64,000 nucleotides of DNA, taken from positions 224,001 through 288,000 of the forward strand of contig CAVPCT010000002.1 of assembly GCA_963702475.1 (NCBI GenBank), given 5' to 3'. This stretch comes from an uncultured Thermoleophilia bacterium. GTDB taxonomy: Bacteria > Actinomycetota > Thermoleophilia > UBA2241. Under the pieces are notes generated by a model, which worked only from the letters and a program-made list of their open reading frames with translations, made no database searches and had not been told where the DNA came from. Each line of letters opens with the position of its first letter. The first letter of the stretch is position 1. The translations under genes were made by a program, and so were the position numbers. Below are positions 28,436 to 38,634 of this stretch, in pieces.

Positions 28436-31400
28436 TCAGGGGCGCGAGGGACACGTGGGCAGAGTGAATCTGACGTACACCGTGTGCGTCGTGCCGTCCT
28501 TGAGCGTCATGACGAACGCGCGACACGTGCCCGCCCAGGATGGGTTGGTCACCCACAGGTAGTTGTAGGTCTTGGTGACGGGCGAGTAGAAGTACAGTGG
28601 GCTGAGCGCGCACGTGGGGAGCGGCTTCAATGGTCCGATCGGCGCCAGCGTCGAGCATGAGATCTGCTGCGAAGCCGGCATGCCGCTCGCGAAGATGTCC
28701 GGTCCGTGATAGCCGCCGAGGCTGAAGACCATCTTGAGGATGGTGCCGGCTTGCGCGTTGACCGCTTGGGGCTTGTCCCATGTCCCTGGGCAGAGGCCGG
28801 TGAACTGGTACCGCACCGCGAGCTCATAGCTTCGGCTGGTCGACCGGCCGTTCGCGTCTCTGACGGCGATGGTGAAGGCGAAGACGCCCACCCTCGTCGG
28901 AGCGCCTGAGAGGACTCCGGTACTCGACAAGCTCATGCCTGGCGGTAGGGCGCCCGCCGCAACCATGAAGGTGTAAGGGCGCGCGCCGTTCCTGACGAGA
29001 AGGCTCTGCCGATACAGCACACCGAGCTGGGCGTCGGGCAGCTCCGGGGGCAGCAGCGCCATCTGGCGCACCGTCAGCGTCGCCGCCCTCGACCTCGTGC
29101 TGGCACAGGTGTTGCTGAACACCGCTTGGTAACGGTTGCCGCTCTGGGAGGCGGCCGCCGTGAAGCTCAGCGTCGCGCTCGTGGCGCCGGGGAGGTCGCT
29201 CCAGGTGAGGCCGCCGTCGCTGCTCACCTGCCACTGCACGGTAGGCGCCGGTGAGCCGGAGGCGGCGGCCGTGAAGCCGGCCGTCTGCCCGTCGTCCACC
29301 GTGAGGTCGGCCGGCTGGGAGGTGATCTGCGGCGGCGTGTTCACGGTGAGGGTGGCCGCGTCCGTTGTGGCTGTCCCGGATCCATTGCTGAACACCGCCC
29401 GGTAACGGTTGCCGCTCTGGGAGGCGGCCGCCGTGAAGCTCAGGGTCGCGCTCGTGGCGCCGGGGAGGTCGCTCCAGGTGAGGCCGCCGTCGCTGCTCAC
29501 CTGCCACTGCAGGGTAGGCGCCGGTGAGCCGGAGGCGGCGGCCGTGAAGCCGGCCGTCTGGCCGGCGCAGACGGTCGTGTCGGCGGGCTGGGTGGTGATC
29601 TGCGGCGGGGTGTCCACGGTGAGGGTGGCGGACGCGGAGGTCGCCTGGCCGAGGTCGTTGCTGAACACCGCCCGGTAACGGTTGCCGCTCTGGGAGGCGG
29701 CCGCCGTGAAGCTCAGCGTCGCGCTCGTGGCGCCGGGGAGGTCGCTCCAGGTGAGGCCGCCGTCGCTGCTCACCTGCCACTGCACGGTGATCTCGGGTGT
29801 CCCGGTCGCTGCCGCGGTGAATGTCGCGTCAGAACCCGCGCTGACGGTCTGGTCGACCGGGTCCGTCGACACGGTGGGCGGAGCGCACGGGTTCACGGGA
29901 GACGACGTGTTGCGCGGGTCAGGCGTTGCGACCCGGAAGTCGGACGCGTTGTCGTCGGTGTCGACGCACCCGGCGCCGCGACGCAGCGCGGCCGTCGTGT
30001 TCGAGATGCTGCCCGTCGGCCCGGTTCCCTCGAAGCAGTTCGTCCCGGTTCCGTAACCCACCTTGTCGGCAACGCCGGGGCCGGCGGGACACGACGTGCC
30101 GGTCGGGATGAGCGTCTGGCTCGCGACGAGGACGACCTTGCCGACCGACTGGTGGATGGTGATCGTGCCGACAGCGTCGGGGGTGGGAAGATCAACGGTG
30201 CCGCCCGCCCCTTGGGCCTCTTGCACAAGGTAGTAGCCGTGTGGCGGGATGGTGCCGGAGAGGTCGGTCTTGAACCACGTGACACCGACCGTCGACGCGT
30301 ACTGGACCGACCACCCGGACAACGAGACTGTGCTGGAGCTCCGGTTGAAGAGCTCGATGAAGTCGTTCTTCAGAGTTGCGCCGACGTTGCCGCCACCGCC
30401 GTAGACCTGGCTGATGACCACCGCCGGCAGACGCACCATCAGAGTCGCAGCGTTCGACGTGGTGCTGGCACAGGTGTTGCTGAACACCGCTTGGTAACGG
30501 TTGCCGCTCTGGGAGGCGGCCGCCGTGAAGCTCAGCGTCGCGCTCGTGGCGCCGGGGAGGTCGCTCCAGGTGAGGCCGCCGTCGCTGCTCACCTGCCACT
30601 GCACGGTAGGCGCCGGTGAGCCGGAGGCGGCGGCCGTGAAGCCGGCCGTCTGCCCGTCGTCCACCGTGAGGTCGGCCGGCTGGGAGGTGATCTGCGGCGG
30701 CGTGTTCACGGTGAGGGTGGCCGCGTCCGTTGTGGCTGTCCCGGATCCATTGCTGAACACCGCCCGGTAACGGTTGCCGCTCTGGGAGGCGGCCGCCGTG
30801 AAGCTCAGGGTCGCGCTCGTGGCGCCGGGGAGGTCGCTCCAGGTGAGGCCGCCGTCGCTGCTCACCTGCCACTGCACGGTAGGCGCCGGTGAGCCGGAGG
30901 CGGCGGCCGTGAAGCCGGCCGTCTGGCCGGCGCAGACGGTCGTGTCAGTGGGCTGGGTGGTGACGGAGGGAGCGACGGCGCACGGGTTCAGCGGCGAGGC
31001 GGTGTTGCGCGGCGCCGGCGCTCCTGCCGCGAAGTCCGCCACGTTGCTGTCGGTCTCCATGCATCCCCCGCCGTTGCGCAGCACCGCGGTCGAGTTCGTG
31101 GTCGCTGGCGCGGCGCCCGGGCCCTCGTAGAAGTTGGCGGCCCCCCACCCGACGAGATCGACGATCAACGCCAGCTGCGCGGGCGTGCAGGGGGTGGAAC
31201 CCCCGTTGCAGGCGAGGCCCGTCGTGGTGCTCGCGAGGATGACCTTGCCGCCCGTCGCGCTCATCGCGGTCGTGCCGATCGCGTCAGGAGTCGGCAGTGC
31301 CGATCCAGCCGCTCCTCCTGAAGACAGCTGCACGAGGTAGTACTGGCCCGGAGCCAGGGAACCCGAGAGCGGCGTGACGTTCGCCGAGAACAGGCCCGTT

Positions 31401-31660
31401 CCGGTCGCCGACGCGTACTGTATGGACCAGCCGGTTAGAGAGGCGGTCGTCGCACCCCGGTTGAAGAGCTCCACGTAGTCATTGCGATAGGGGGCGCCGA
31501 CGTTGCCGCCGCCGCCATAGACCTGGCTGATGACGACCGTGGTAGACAACGCTGCAGCCGACGGCGTGTGTGTGACGGCGACCGTCGCAGCGACGCACAG
31601 CGCGACGAGGAAGACCCCGATCCGGGTCATGGAACGGCGGACGCCACGTGAATCGGTCAT
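28436..31660 (-). CDS. Large secreted protein: 2 lamin-tail domains, 5 Ig-like repeats, putative Ig domain, PxKF-like C-terminus
   Basis: Signal peptide; VVISQVYGGGGN...DYVELFN x2; TTQP...F.AAASGSPAPTVQWQVS...GATSATL...YRAVFSN x5; GALPPGMSLSSTGVLSG; YNYLWVT. Confidence 0.88.
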   Translation of the reverse strand: MTDSRGVRRSMTRIGVFLVALCVAATVAVTHTPSAAALSTTVVISQVYGGGGNVGAPYRNDYVELFNRGATTASLTGWSIQYASATGTGLFSANVTPLSGSLAPGQYYLVQLSSGGAAGSALPTPDAIGTTAMSATGGKVILASTTTGLACNGGSTPCTPAQLALIVDLVGWGAANFYEGPGAAPATTNSTAVLRNGGGCMETDSNVADFAAGAPAPRNTASPLNPCAVAPSVTTQPTDTTVCAGQTAGFTAAASGSPAPTVQWQVSSDGGLTWSDLPGATSATLSFTAAASQSGNRYRAVFSNGSGTATTDAATLTVNTPPQITSQPADLTVDDGQTAGFTAAASGSPAPTVQWQVSSDGGLTWSDLPGATSATLSFTAAASQSGNRYQAVFSNTCASTTSNAATLMVRLPAVVISQVYGGGGNVGATLKNDFIELFNRSSSTVSLSGWSVQYASTVGVTWFKTDLSGTIPPHGYYLVQEAQGAGGTVDLPTPDAVGTITIHQSVGKVVLVASQTLIPTGTSCPAGPGVADKVGYGTGTNCFEGTGPTGSISNTTAALRRGAGCVDTDDNASDFRVATPDPRNTSSPVNPCAPPTVSTDPVDQTVSAGSDATFTAAATGTPEITVQWQVSSDGGLTWSDLPGATSATLSFTAAASQSGNRYRAVFSNDLGQATSASATLTVDTPPQITTQPADTTVCAGQTAGFTAAASGSPAPTLQWQVSSDGGLTWSDLPGATSATLSFTAAASQSGNRYRAVFSNGSGTATTDAATLTVNTPPQITSQPADLTVDDGQTAGFTAAASGSPAPTVQWQVSSDGGLTWSDLPGATSATLSFTAAASQSGNRYQAVFSNTCASTRSRAATLTVRQMALLPPELPDAQLGVLYRQSLLVRNGARPYTFMVAAGALPPGMSLSSTGVLSGAPTRVGVFAFTIAVRDANGRSTSRSYELAVRYQFTGLCPGTWDKPQAVNAQAGTILKMVFSLGGYHGPDIFASGMPASQQISCSTLAPIGPLKPLPTCALSPLYFYSPVTKTYNYLWVTNPSWAGTCRAFVMTLKDGTTHTVYVRFTLPTCPSRP
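29097..30946. repeat. Intragenic 273-bp Ig-unit repeats; 29097-29581 nearly identical to 30462-30946
   Basis: Direct comparison; units recur at 29136, 29409, 29682, 30501, 30774. Confidence 0.9.
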
Positions 31661-32056
31661 GATCCAAGCTCCCCTCTGTCTCCCACACGGCTCTCGACCG
31701 CACGCGGACTTGCCACCGAGCTCGCGTCGATGCGAGGACGCGTGTCGCATAGTTCGTCAGGAGGTGTCGTTTCCCCTAGGGCGGACTCAGGGCTGGCAGC
31801 GAAACGCCCGCTGCGTCGTGCTCGCCCCGGATCCGTCGATTCCTCTTCGTCGTCAGGCCACTATAGTCGGCAGCGCAGGCCAGGACCTTACCTTTCCTGG
31901 GTCCCAGGAAGTGGCAGCCGCGTCTGCCCCTCCGCGGTGCGTTCGGCGGTACCCAAGGCGTAGTCTGGCAGCGGACAGGGATTGGTAGGCGATCTGATGT
32001 GGGGTGGGTCTGCCAAGGCGTGAGGCGGCACCAGATCCGTACCGGAAGGAGACAGC

Positions 32057-32601
32057 AGGGAACTCGGCGCGTTTTCCATCAGCTTGGCGGTCAAGGACCT
32101 CGCTGCATCGAGGAGCTTCTACGAGAACTCGGGTTCAGGGTCTTCGCCGGCGACGTTGGGCAGAACTGGCTGCTCGTCAAGAACGGCGACCACGCGATCG
32201 GCCTGTTTCAAAGCCTGTTCGAGAGGAACATCCTGACGTTCAACTCTGGCTGGGACGCCGACGCCCGGAGTCTCGCCGCGTTCACCGATGTCCGCGAGCT
32301 CCAGCGTCGGCTCAAGGCGCGAGGGGTACCGTTCCAACAGGAGGCAGACGAGAGCACCACGGGGCCCGCGAGTCTCATGATCGTAGACCCCGATGGAACG
32401 GGCGCGATAGACCTCGTCGCCGAGGTCGCGTTGTCCGACCCAACGGTGCCGTTCGTGATGGCGTGCGCCCGGCTGGACAACCTGGCCTCGCAGCGGGCCT
32501 TCGCCAAGGCGGGCTTCCGCAAAGACAGGGAGTTCGACGACGTCCCGAACGGGCTGCACGTGCTCATGGTGCGTCGCCGTCAGGAAGGGCAGCTCGCATG
32601 A
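32057..32601 (+). pseudogene. Chimeric remnant: VOC/glyoxalase 5' part fused to a GNAT-like 3' part
   Basis: Start apparently mutated (AGG GAA CTC GGC GCG TTT TCC), frameshift, QNWLLVKNGDHAIGLFQ...IVDPDG joined to DNLASQRAFAKAGF. Confidence 0.7.
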
Positions 32602-33380
32602 GCCAACCCGGACCTCGCTTCTGGGAGATCTTCTTCGACGTGTACGAGGACCTGCCCCGTCAGGGGCCCGGCAACCGCACGTGCGCCGTCAGAGCCCTCG
32701 GTCTTTGCCGCGAGCTTCCGGAAGCCCCCGCGGTCCTCGACCTGGGGTGCGGTGTCGGGGGGCAGACCCTCCAGCTCGCCGAGCTCACGTCAGGGTCCAT
32801 CGTGGCTCTCGACAGCCATGCGCCGAGCATCGAACGGCTGAAGGCGGCTGTAGCGGCGCGCGGGCTCTCGCATCGCGTCAGTGCCATCGTTGGGAACATG
32901 GCCCACCCGGGGCAGCCGCTCGGGGCCTTCGACCTCGTGTGGTCGGAAGGCGCACTCTACAACCTCGGACTTCGGGACGCCCTTCGCGTCTGCCATGGCT
33001 TGCTGCGACCCGGCGGCTACCTCGCGTTCACCGATGCGGTCTGGTGCAAGGAGAACCCGCCTCCCGAGGTCGCGGCCGGGTTCGATCTGGACTACCCGAC
33101 CATGGGATGGCTGGACGATGACGTGGCAGCGATACGGGACTGTGGGTTCGAGCTCGTCGGACACTTCACCCTGCCCGACGAAGCATGGTGGGACGATTTC
33201 TACGCGCCCATGGAAACGCGCATCGCCGAGTTGCGTGGCACATACGCCGGCGATGCCGAAGCCGCGGCCATACTCGACCAGCTCGCCGAGGAGCCCGAGA
33301 TGCACCGGCGACATTCCGACTTCTATGCCTATGAGTTCTTCGTAGCCCGCCGCACTCTCGGGCAGGCGCATCCAGGATGA
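32598..33380 (+). CDS. Class I SAM-dependent methyltransferase
   Basis: LPRQGPG, VLDLGCGVGGQT, FDLVWSEGA, LRPGGYL. Confidence 0.9.
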   Translation: MSQPGPRFWEIFFDVYEDLPRQGPGNRTCAVRALGLCRELPEAPAVLDLGCGVGGQTLQLAELTSGSIVALDSHAPSIERLKAAVAARGLSHRVSAIVGNMAHPGQPLGAFDLVWSEGALYNLGLRDALRVCHGLLRPGGYLAFTDAVWCKENPPPEVAAGFDLDYPTMGWLDDDVAAIRDCGFELVGHFTLPDEAWWDDFYAPMETRIAELRGTYAGDAEAAAILDQLAEEPEMHRRHSDFYAYEFFVARRTLGQAHPG

Positions 33381-33497
33381 CGGTGGAATCGGTGCGGGCG
33401 CGGGGCGACCCGGCGACCGGCGCCGGTCGCCCGTCGGTCGTATGATGGCCAGGAGGACCGGACCGTCGTGCCGTGAGGAGGGTCGCTGACGACGATC

Positions 33498-33740
33498 GTG
33501 CTCATCATCTCGGTGGTCGCGTGCGTCGCGGCTCTCGTCTACGGCTTGCACCGGCTCGCCATGTGGGCGGAGGCTCGCGGGTGGATCTACTACCGCAAGG
33601 GCCGCGGCAGCTCCGGCTCCGCCGCCGGGGCCGCGTTCCAGCTGCACTCGCTCGCTCAACCTTCCGTCCGGCACGTCGTCGAGGAGCGCCGGCGCAGCGA
33701 GCTCGAGCGGGTGGACGACCAGGTCTCGAGCGACCGGTAG
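33498..33740 (+). CDS. Small single-TM hypothetical protein
   Basis: Hydrophobic N-terminus, LHRLAMWAEARGWIYYR. Confidence 0.6.
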   Translation: MLIISVVACVAALVYGLHRLAMWAEARGWIYYRKGRGSSGSAAGAAFQLHSLAQPSVRHVVEERRRSELERVDDQVSSDR

Positions 33741-33750
33741 GCCGAGGAGG

Positions 33751-34314
33751 GTGCACAGCCTCTGTATCGTGGTGGGCGACGACCCCCGCCGGGCGCTGGC
33801 GCCGTTCTCCGACCACCTCAAGGTCGAACGCTACCGCGCCTACCTGGAGCCGTCTGCCGTAGCCGCCATGGCGGAGCACCGCGGGGTGGCTGCGGACGAC
33901 GTCGAGGCGCTGGCGCCAAGGTTGCGTGAGTGGATGGGGGCGGAGGGAGGCGTCCATGACGGTCGCCTCTTCGTCTGGACCACCGAGAACCCGCGGGGCA
34001 GGTACGACTGGTACCGGCTGGGCGGGAGGTTCAGCGGCTACCTGCGACTGACGTCGCCGGCGACGACGACGTGGCGCGACCGGCTTCGCGGCCGGACCGG
34101 CGCGTACTCGGCGGACAGGGCGCGCAAGGGCGATGTGGACGCGAGCGCCATACTCGCCGACCCTCCCGCGGCGCTGCTGCTGGACGGCGCGCGGCACGAG
34201 TGCCCTCCGACGGCGGAGGAGGGAGAGGCCCGCCGGTGGGCAGAGGAGTGCGCCGCGCTGCTGGACGCGGTGCCGGACGGTGCGCTCCTCACCGTCGTCG
34301 ACCTGCACTCGTGA
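33751..34314 (+). CDS. Hypothetical protein
   Basis: GAGGAGG RBS; NPRGRYDWYRLGGRFSG, LLTVVDLH. Confidence 0.65.
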   Translation: MHSLCIVVGDDPRRALAPFSDHLKVERYRAYLEPSAVAAMAEHRGVAADDVEALAPRLREWMGAEGGVHDGRLFVWTTENPRGRYDWYRLGGRFSGYLRLTSPATTTWRDRLRGRTGAYSADRARKGDVDASAILADPPAALLLDGARHECPPTAEEGEARRWAEECAALLDAVPDGALLTVVDLHS

Positions 34315-34444
34315 TGTACGGCGCCTGACCTGCGGCCGCGCCCGGCTGCGCGGTTCACGCCCGACGTCTCCGGCGCCGACTGGGACGCGCCGCAGACGGG
34401 CATACCCGCAGCGACCGCGCTCTTCGTGCAACGGGGGTCATGAC

Positions 34445-34810
34445 ATGCCCAGGACGACTGCACAGACCGTCGATGAGTACATCGCCGAGTTCCCGGAGGA
34501 GACGCGGCGCGCGCTCGAAGAGGTCCGCGCCGTGATCCGCGAGGCGGCGCCCGACGCGGTCGAGACGATGAGCTACGCGATCCCGACGTTCGATCTGAAG
34601 GGCCGGCACCTCGTGCACTTCGCCGGCTACGCCCGGCACGTCGGCTTCTACCCCGGCGCGGACGGCATCGCGGCCTTCGCCGGGGAGCTCACGCGCTTCA
34701 AGAGCGCGAAGGGGTCGGTGCAGTTCCCGCTCGACGAGCCCCTGCCGCTCGACCTGGTGCGCCGCGTCACGGCGTACCGCGTCGATCGGGTGCTGGCCGG
34801 TGGGCGCTGA
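34445..34810 (+). CDS. DUF1801 (YdhG-like) protein
   Basis: TVDEYI, APDAVETMSYAIPTF, HVGFYP, KGSVQFPLDEPLPLDL. Confidence 0.9.
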   Translation: MPRTTAQTVDEYIAEFPEETRRALEEVRAVIREAAPDAVETMSYAIPTFDLKGRHLVHFAGYARHVGFYPGADGIAAFAGELTRFKSAKGSVQFPLDEPLPLDLVRRVTAYRVDRVLAGGR

Positions 34811-34816
34811 GGGCCG

Positions 34817-35473
34817 GTGCGGGCGGGCCGCGGGGTGAGCTCTCCGCCTGGCGACGAGCCGGGCGCGCACGGCCTCGACGAGGACTCGGAGCAGCCGAGC
34901 GGGCGCGCGGCCGCAGGCGAGGCGGAGGCGGCGAACGCGACTGGCGGCGACGTGCTGCTCCGCACCGAGCGCCTGCGGATGCGGCGCGTCGAGGAGGGAG
35001 ACCTCGCGCTGTTCGAGCGCGTCTTCTGCGACCCCGGCATGATGCACTACCTGGGGTCGCCCTGGACGCGCGAGCTGGCCGCGGAGACCCTGCGCGAGTG
35101 GAGGGACGAGTGGGGCCGCCGCACGTACTACTACGGCGTCCTGGAGCCCAGGAGCGGCGGCTCCGCGGTGGGCATCGCCGGCATCAGCGAGGACACCGAC
35201 CCTGGGGAACCCGGCGTGGAGCTCTCCTGGTTCATCCTGCCCCAGTACCAGGAGCGGGGATACGCCACGGAGATCGGCGAGGCGCTTGTGGAGGTCGTGT
35301 TCTGCCGGCTGCGGCGTCGGCGGATGTTCGCCGAGACGCACCCGGAGAACGCTGCGGCCGCAGCCGTGTTGCGCAAGATGGGGTGGCGGCGCGTCGGTGA
35401 GAGACGGCGCGCCATCGACTACCTCCCGGACATGGACACCCAGGTGCTCTGGGAGCGCCTGCGAGGGGTGTGA
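34817..35473 (+). CDS. GNAT (RimJ/RimL-like) acetyltransferase
   Basis: LRTERLRMR, ELSWFILPQYQERGYATE, PENAAA..VLRKMG; exact start uncertain. Confidence 0.85.
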   Translation: MRAGRGVSSPPGDEPGAHGLDEDSEQPSGRAAAGEAEAANATGGDVLLRTERLRMRRVEEGDLALFERVFCDPGMMHYLGSPWTRELAAETLREWRDEWGRRTYYYGVLEPRSGGSAVGIAGISEDTDPGEPGVELSWFILPQYQERGYATEIGEALVEVVFCRLRRRRMFAETHPENAAAAAVLRKMGWRRVGERRRAIDYLPDMDTQVLWERLRGV

Positions 35474-35476
35474 GGA

Positions 35477-36319
35477 TTGGGTCCCGCGGCTCGCGTAGAT
35501 CCTGGCCCGGACGATGGCTACGTCCACGGCTACCACGCTCGTGAAGGCGAGCGCCTGCTCGATCAGGCTGTGGCGCTCGTCGACCTGCTTCACGGCGACA
35601 CCTCCTATCCTGCCGGCAGCGTTGTACTGGAGGCGGGCTGCGGCACGGGGGCCCAGACGGTCACGCTGCTTCGCACCAGCCCGGGGGCCAGGTTCGTCTC
35701 GGTCGACGTCTCGGAGGCGTCGCTCGGCGAGGCTCGCAGGAGGCTGGAGGAGGCCGGTCTCGGCGGAGTGGAGTTCCACCGCGCCGACATCTTCTCGTTG
35801 CCCTTCGAGCCGGAGTCGTTCGACCACGTGTTCGTCTGTTTCGTGCTCGAGCACCTCGCGCGACCGCTCGAGGCCCTTCGGGTGCTCGGCCGGCTGCTGC
35901 GACCCGCGGGGACGATCATCGTCATCGAGGGCGACCACGGGTCCGCGTACTTCCACCCCGACAGCGCCTCGGCGCGGACCGCCATTGCATCCCTGGTGGA
36001 GTTGCAGCGGAGGGCCGGCGGTGACGCCATGATCGGCCGGCGGCTGTACCCGCTGCTCACCGAGGCGGGGTTCGGCGACGTGCGCGTCTCACCGCGCGTC
36101 GTCTATGCCGACGCGAGCCGGCCGGACCTCCAGGACGGCTTCACACGCAGGACCTTCACGGCGATGATCGAGGGGGTGCGTGAAGCGGCTGTGGGCGCCG
36201 GGCTCGCCGGGCCGGACGTCTTCGACCGGGGCGTGGCCGACCTGTATCGCACCGCCGCGCCCGACGGCACCTTCAGCTACACGTTCTTCAAGGGCCGGGG
36301 CATCAGACGCGAAGTGTAA
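35477..36319 (+). CDS. Class I SAM-dependent methyltransferase
   Basis: YVHGY..RE..RL.DQA, VLEAGCGTGAQT, FDHVFVCFVLEHL; start uncertain. Confidence 0.88.
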   Translation: MGPAARVDPGPDDGYVHGYHAREGERLLDQAVALVDLLHGDTSYPAGSVVLEAGCGTGAQTVTLLRTSPGARFVSVDVSEASLGEARRRLEEAGLGGVEFHRADIFSLPFEPESFDHVFVCFVLEHLARPLEALRVLGRLLRPAGTIIVIEGDHGSAYFHPDSASARTAIASLVELQRRAGGDAMIGRRLYPLLTEAGFGDVRVSPRVVYADASRPDLQDGFTRRTFTAMIEGVREAAVGAGLAGPDVFDRGVADLYRTAAPDGTFSYTFFKGRGIRREV

Positions 36320-36434
36320 GGTCAATATCGTAGAGTAGTAATGCTCCTATCGTGGCCGGCGCCTACATGACGTAGACTCGCGGTCGTGACAGGGCCGCCT
36401 GCAGGGGCGGCCCGCGAGCCGGGAGCACTGCAGC

Positions 36435-37757
36435 GTGGCCAGCACGCCGACCGAGGTGAGGATCTCCATCAGCATCTACCGCGGATGGATCGTCACCGTG
36501 GCCGCCGCGCTCAGCGGTCTCGTGCTGGGCATCCTGTACATCTGGAGCGTGGTGCGTGCCGGCATCCCACCCTCGTGGGGCTGGAGCAAGGCCGACATGG
36601 CGCTGCCGTACTCGACCATGTGCGCCTTCTTCGCCGTCACCATGATCCCGGCGGGTCGCCTGCAGGACAGGTTCGGCCCCCGTCTCGCCATCCTCCTGGG
36701 CGGCTTTCTCGCGGGCTTGGGCTGCGTGATCGCCGGACTGGGCGGTTCGTCCCTGGCCGCCTACGTGATCGGCTTCGGTGTCGTGACCGGCTCCGGCGTC
36801 GGGTTCGGCTACGCCGCCACGACGCCGGCCTCCATCAAGTGGTTCGCGCCGCAGAAGACCGGCCTCATCGCCGGCATCGTGGTGGCCGGCTTCGGGCTCG
36901 CGCCGGTCGTGCTGGCGCCGCTCTCGGCGTGGTTCCTCGACCTGTTCGCCGTCGCCGGCGCCGGCGGGGTCGTGGAGCAGGGCGTCTCCGGCACCATGAT
37001 CGCCCTCGGCGTCGTCACCTGGGCGGTGGTCGGCGGGTTGTCCTTCTTCATCCGGAACCCGCCGGAAGGGCTTTCCGTGCAGCCGCGGCAGGCCGCAGGC
37101 GCGGCCGCGGCCCGGATCCACCGCCCCGAGTTCGTGTGGCGCGACATGCTGCGCACCGCGCAGTTCTGGCTGCTGTTCGCCATGTACTTCTTCGGGGCGG
37201 CCGCCGGCCTCACGTTCATCAGCGTGGCGTCGGACCTCGGCAAGCACGCGCTGGGTCCGCTCGCCTTCCTCGCCGTCGTGGTGCTGGCCGTGGGCAACGC
37301 CGGCGGCCGCGTGGTGGCCGGCACGCTGTCGGACCGCATCGGCCGCCAATGGACCCTGTTCTCGGAGTTCGTCTGCCAGGCGGCGGTGGTCGGCGTGCTC
37401 TACCTGATCAGCGGCCACGACGCGCCCTGGCCCGTCATCCTGGTCGTCGTCTTGCTGCTCGGCTTCAACTACGGCACCAACCTCGCGGTCTTCCCGGCCG
37501 CGTGCAAGGACTACTACGGCATCCGCAGCTTCGGCCTCAACTACGGCTGTCTGTTCGCGGCCTTCGGCTCGGCCGGTCTCGTCATGCCCTGGCTCAACGG
37601 GCTCATCGAGGACAGGACGGGGTCCGGCGACCTCTCGTACGTCATCATCATCGTCATGCTGGCGTCGGCTGCGGCCCTGGCCGTGGTGAGCAGGCTCCTG
37701 GACCGGCCGGGCGCACGCAGAGCACCTTCCCTCGTTGCGGAAGAAAGGACCGGCTGA
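36435..37757 (+). CDS. MFS transporter, oxalate/formate antiporter (OFA) family
   Basis: LYIWSV, GRLQDRFGPR, KWF..KTGLIAGIVVAGFG, LSDRIGR, GLNYG. Confidence 0.9.
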   Translation: MASTPTEVRISISIYRGWIVTVAAALSGLVLGILYIWSVVRAGIPPSWGWSKADMALPYSTMCAFFAVTMIPAGRLQDRFGPRLAILLGGFLAGLGCVIAGLGGSSLAAYVIGFGVVTGSGVGFGYAATTPASIKWFAPQKTGLIAGIVVAGFGLAPVVLAPLSAWFLDLFAVAGAGGVVEQGVSGTMIALGVVTWAVVGGLSFFIRNPPEGLSVQPRQAAGAAAARIHRPEFVWRDMLRTAQFWLLFAMYFFGAAAGLTFISVASDLGKHALGPLAFLAVVVLAVGNAGGRVVAGTLSDRIGRQWTLFSEFVCQAAVVGVLYLISGHDAPWPVILVVVLLLGFNYGTNLAVFPAACKDYYGIRSFGLNYGCLFAAFGSAGLVMPWLNGLIEDRTGSGDLSYVIIIVMLASAAALAVVSRLLDRPGARRAPSLVAEERTG

Positions 37758-38569
37758 TGGCCGTCGTCACCATCTCGCGCGGCTCGTTCACCGGCGGCAT
37801 CGCCGTCGCGGAGGCGCTGGCGGCCGAGCTCGGCCACCCCTGCGTGAGCCGCGAAGTCGTGCGGGACGCCGCGCTGGAGTACGGGCTGCCCGAGGACAGG
37901 CTGCAGGCCACCCTCGAGGAGCCTCCGCGATTCTGGGAGAAGACGCCCGGCAAGATCCCCGCACACCTCAACCTCATCCGCACAGCGCTGCTGCGGCGCG
38001 CGCGTGGCGGCGACCTTGTCTACCACGGCTACGCAGGTCACCTGCTGCTTGAGGGCGTGCCCAACGTGCTTCGGGTGCGCGTCATCTCCGACGACGCCTC
38101 CCGCGTGCGGGCGGCGATGCGCGACAAGGGCCTCACGGAGAAACAGGCGGCGGAGTTCGTGCGCAAGCTCGACGTCCACCTGGCCAAGTGGACGCGGTTC
38201 CTGTACGGCGTCTCCTGGCAGGACCCGGCCCTGTACGACGTGGTCCTCAACACGGAAGACCTGAGTGTTGAGGGTGCGGTGGCCACGCTGGCGGGTATGA
38301 CGAGGCTGGATGACTTCCGGCCCACGCCGGAGTCGCGCCGGGCGTTCGACGACCTGCTCCTCGCCAGTGAGGTGTGGTCCGCTCTCACGGTGGACCAGCG
38401 GACCCGGTCGGCGAACGTTCGCGTCTCCGCCGCGGCCGGTTCCGTGCTCGTGACCGGCTCGGCGGGCAGCGCCAGGGTGCTGACGGCGATCGAAGAGGTG
38501 GCCGCCGCCGTGCCCGGCGTGCGCGAGGTGGAGAACGAGGTAGGGGTGGGCGGCAGCTGGCAGTGGTGA
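37757..38569 (+). CDS. Cytidylate kinase-like protein with C-terminal BON domain
   Basis: VVTISRGSFTGG..VAE.LA, VYHG, YDVVLNT; VLVTG...VPGVREVENEV. Confidence 0.85.
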   Translation: MAVVTISRGSFTGGIAVAEALAAELGHPCVSREVVRDAALEYGLPEDRLQATLEEPPRFWEKTPGKIPAHLNLIRTALLRRARGGDLVYHGYAGHLLLEGVPNVLRVRVISDDASRVRAAMRDKGLTEKQAAEFVRKLDVHLAKWTRFLYGVSWQDPALYDVVLNTEDLSVEGAVATLAGMTRLDDFRPTPESRRAFDDLLLASEVWSALTVDQRTRSANVRVSAAAGSVLVTGSAGSARVLTAIEEVAAAVPGVREVENEVGVGGSWQW

Positions 38570-38634
38570 GCGCGCACCCCAGCGGATGAGGCCGGGCGCC
38601 GCAGGCGGCCCGGCCCCGAAAGGGGTGAGCGGCC

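Noticed and set aside
31665-31870. Riboswitch in the leader of the lamin-tail gene
   Set aside because: Only a short hairpin seen; no recognisable aptamer consensus
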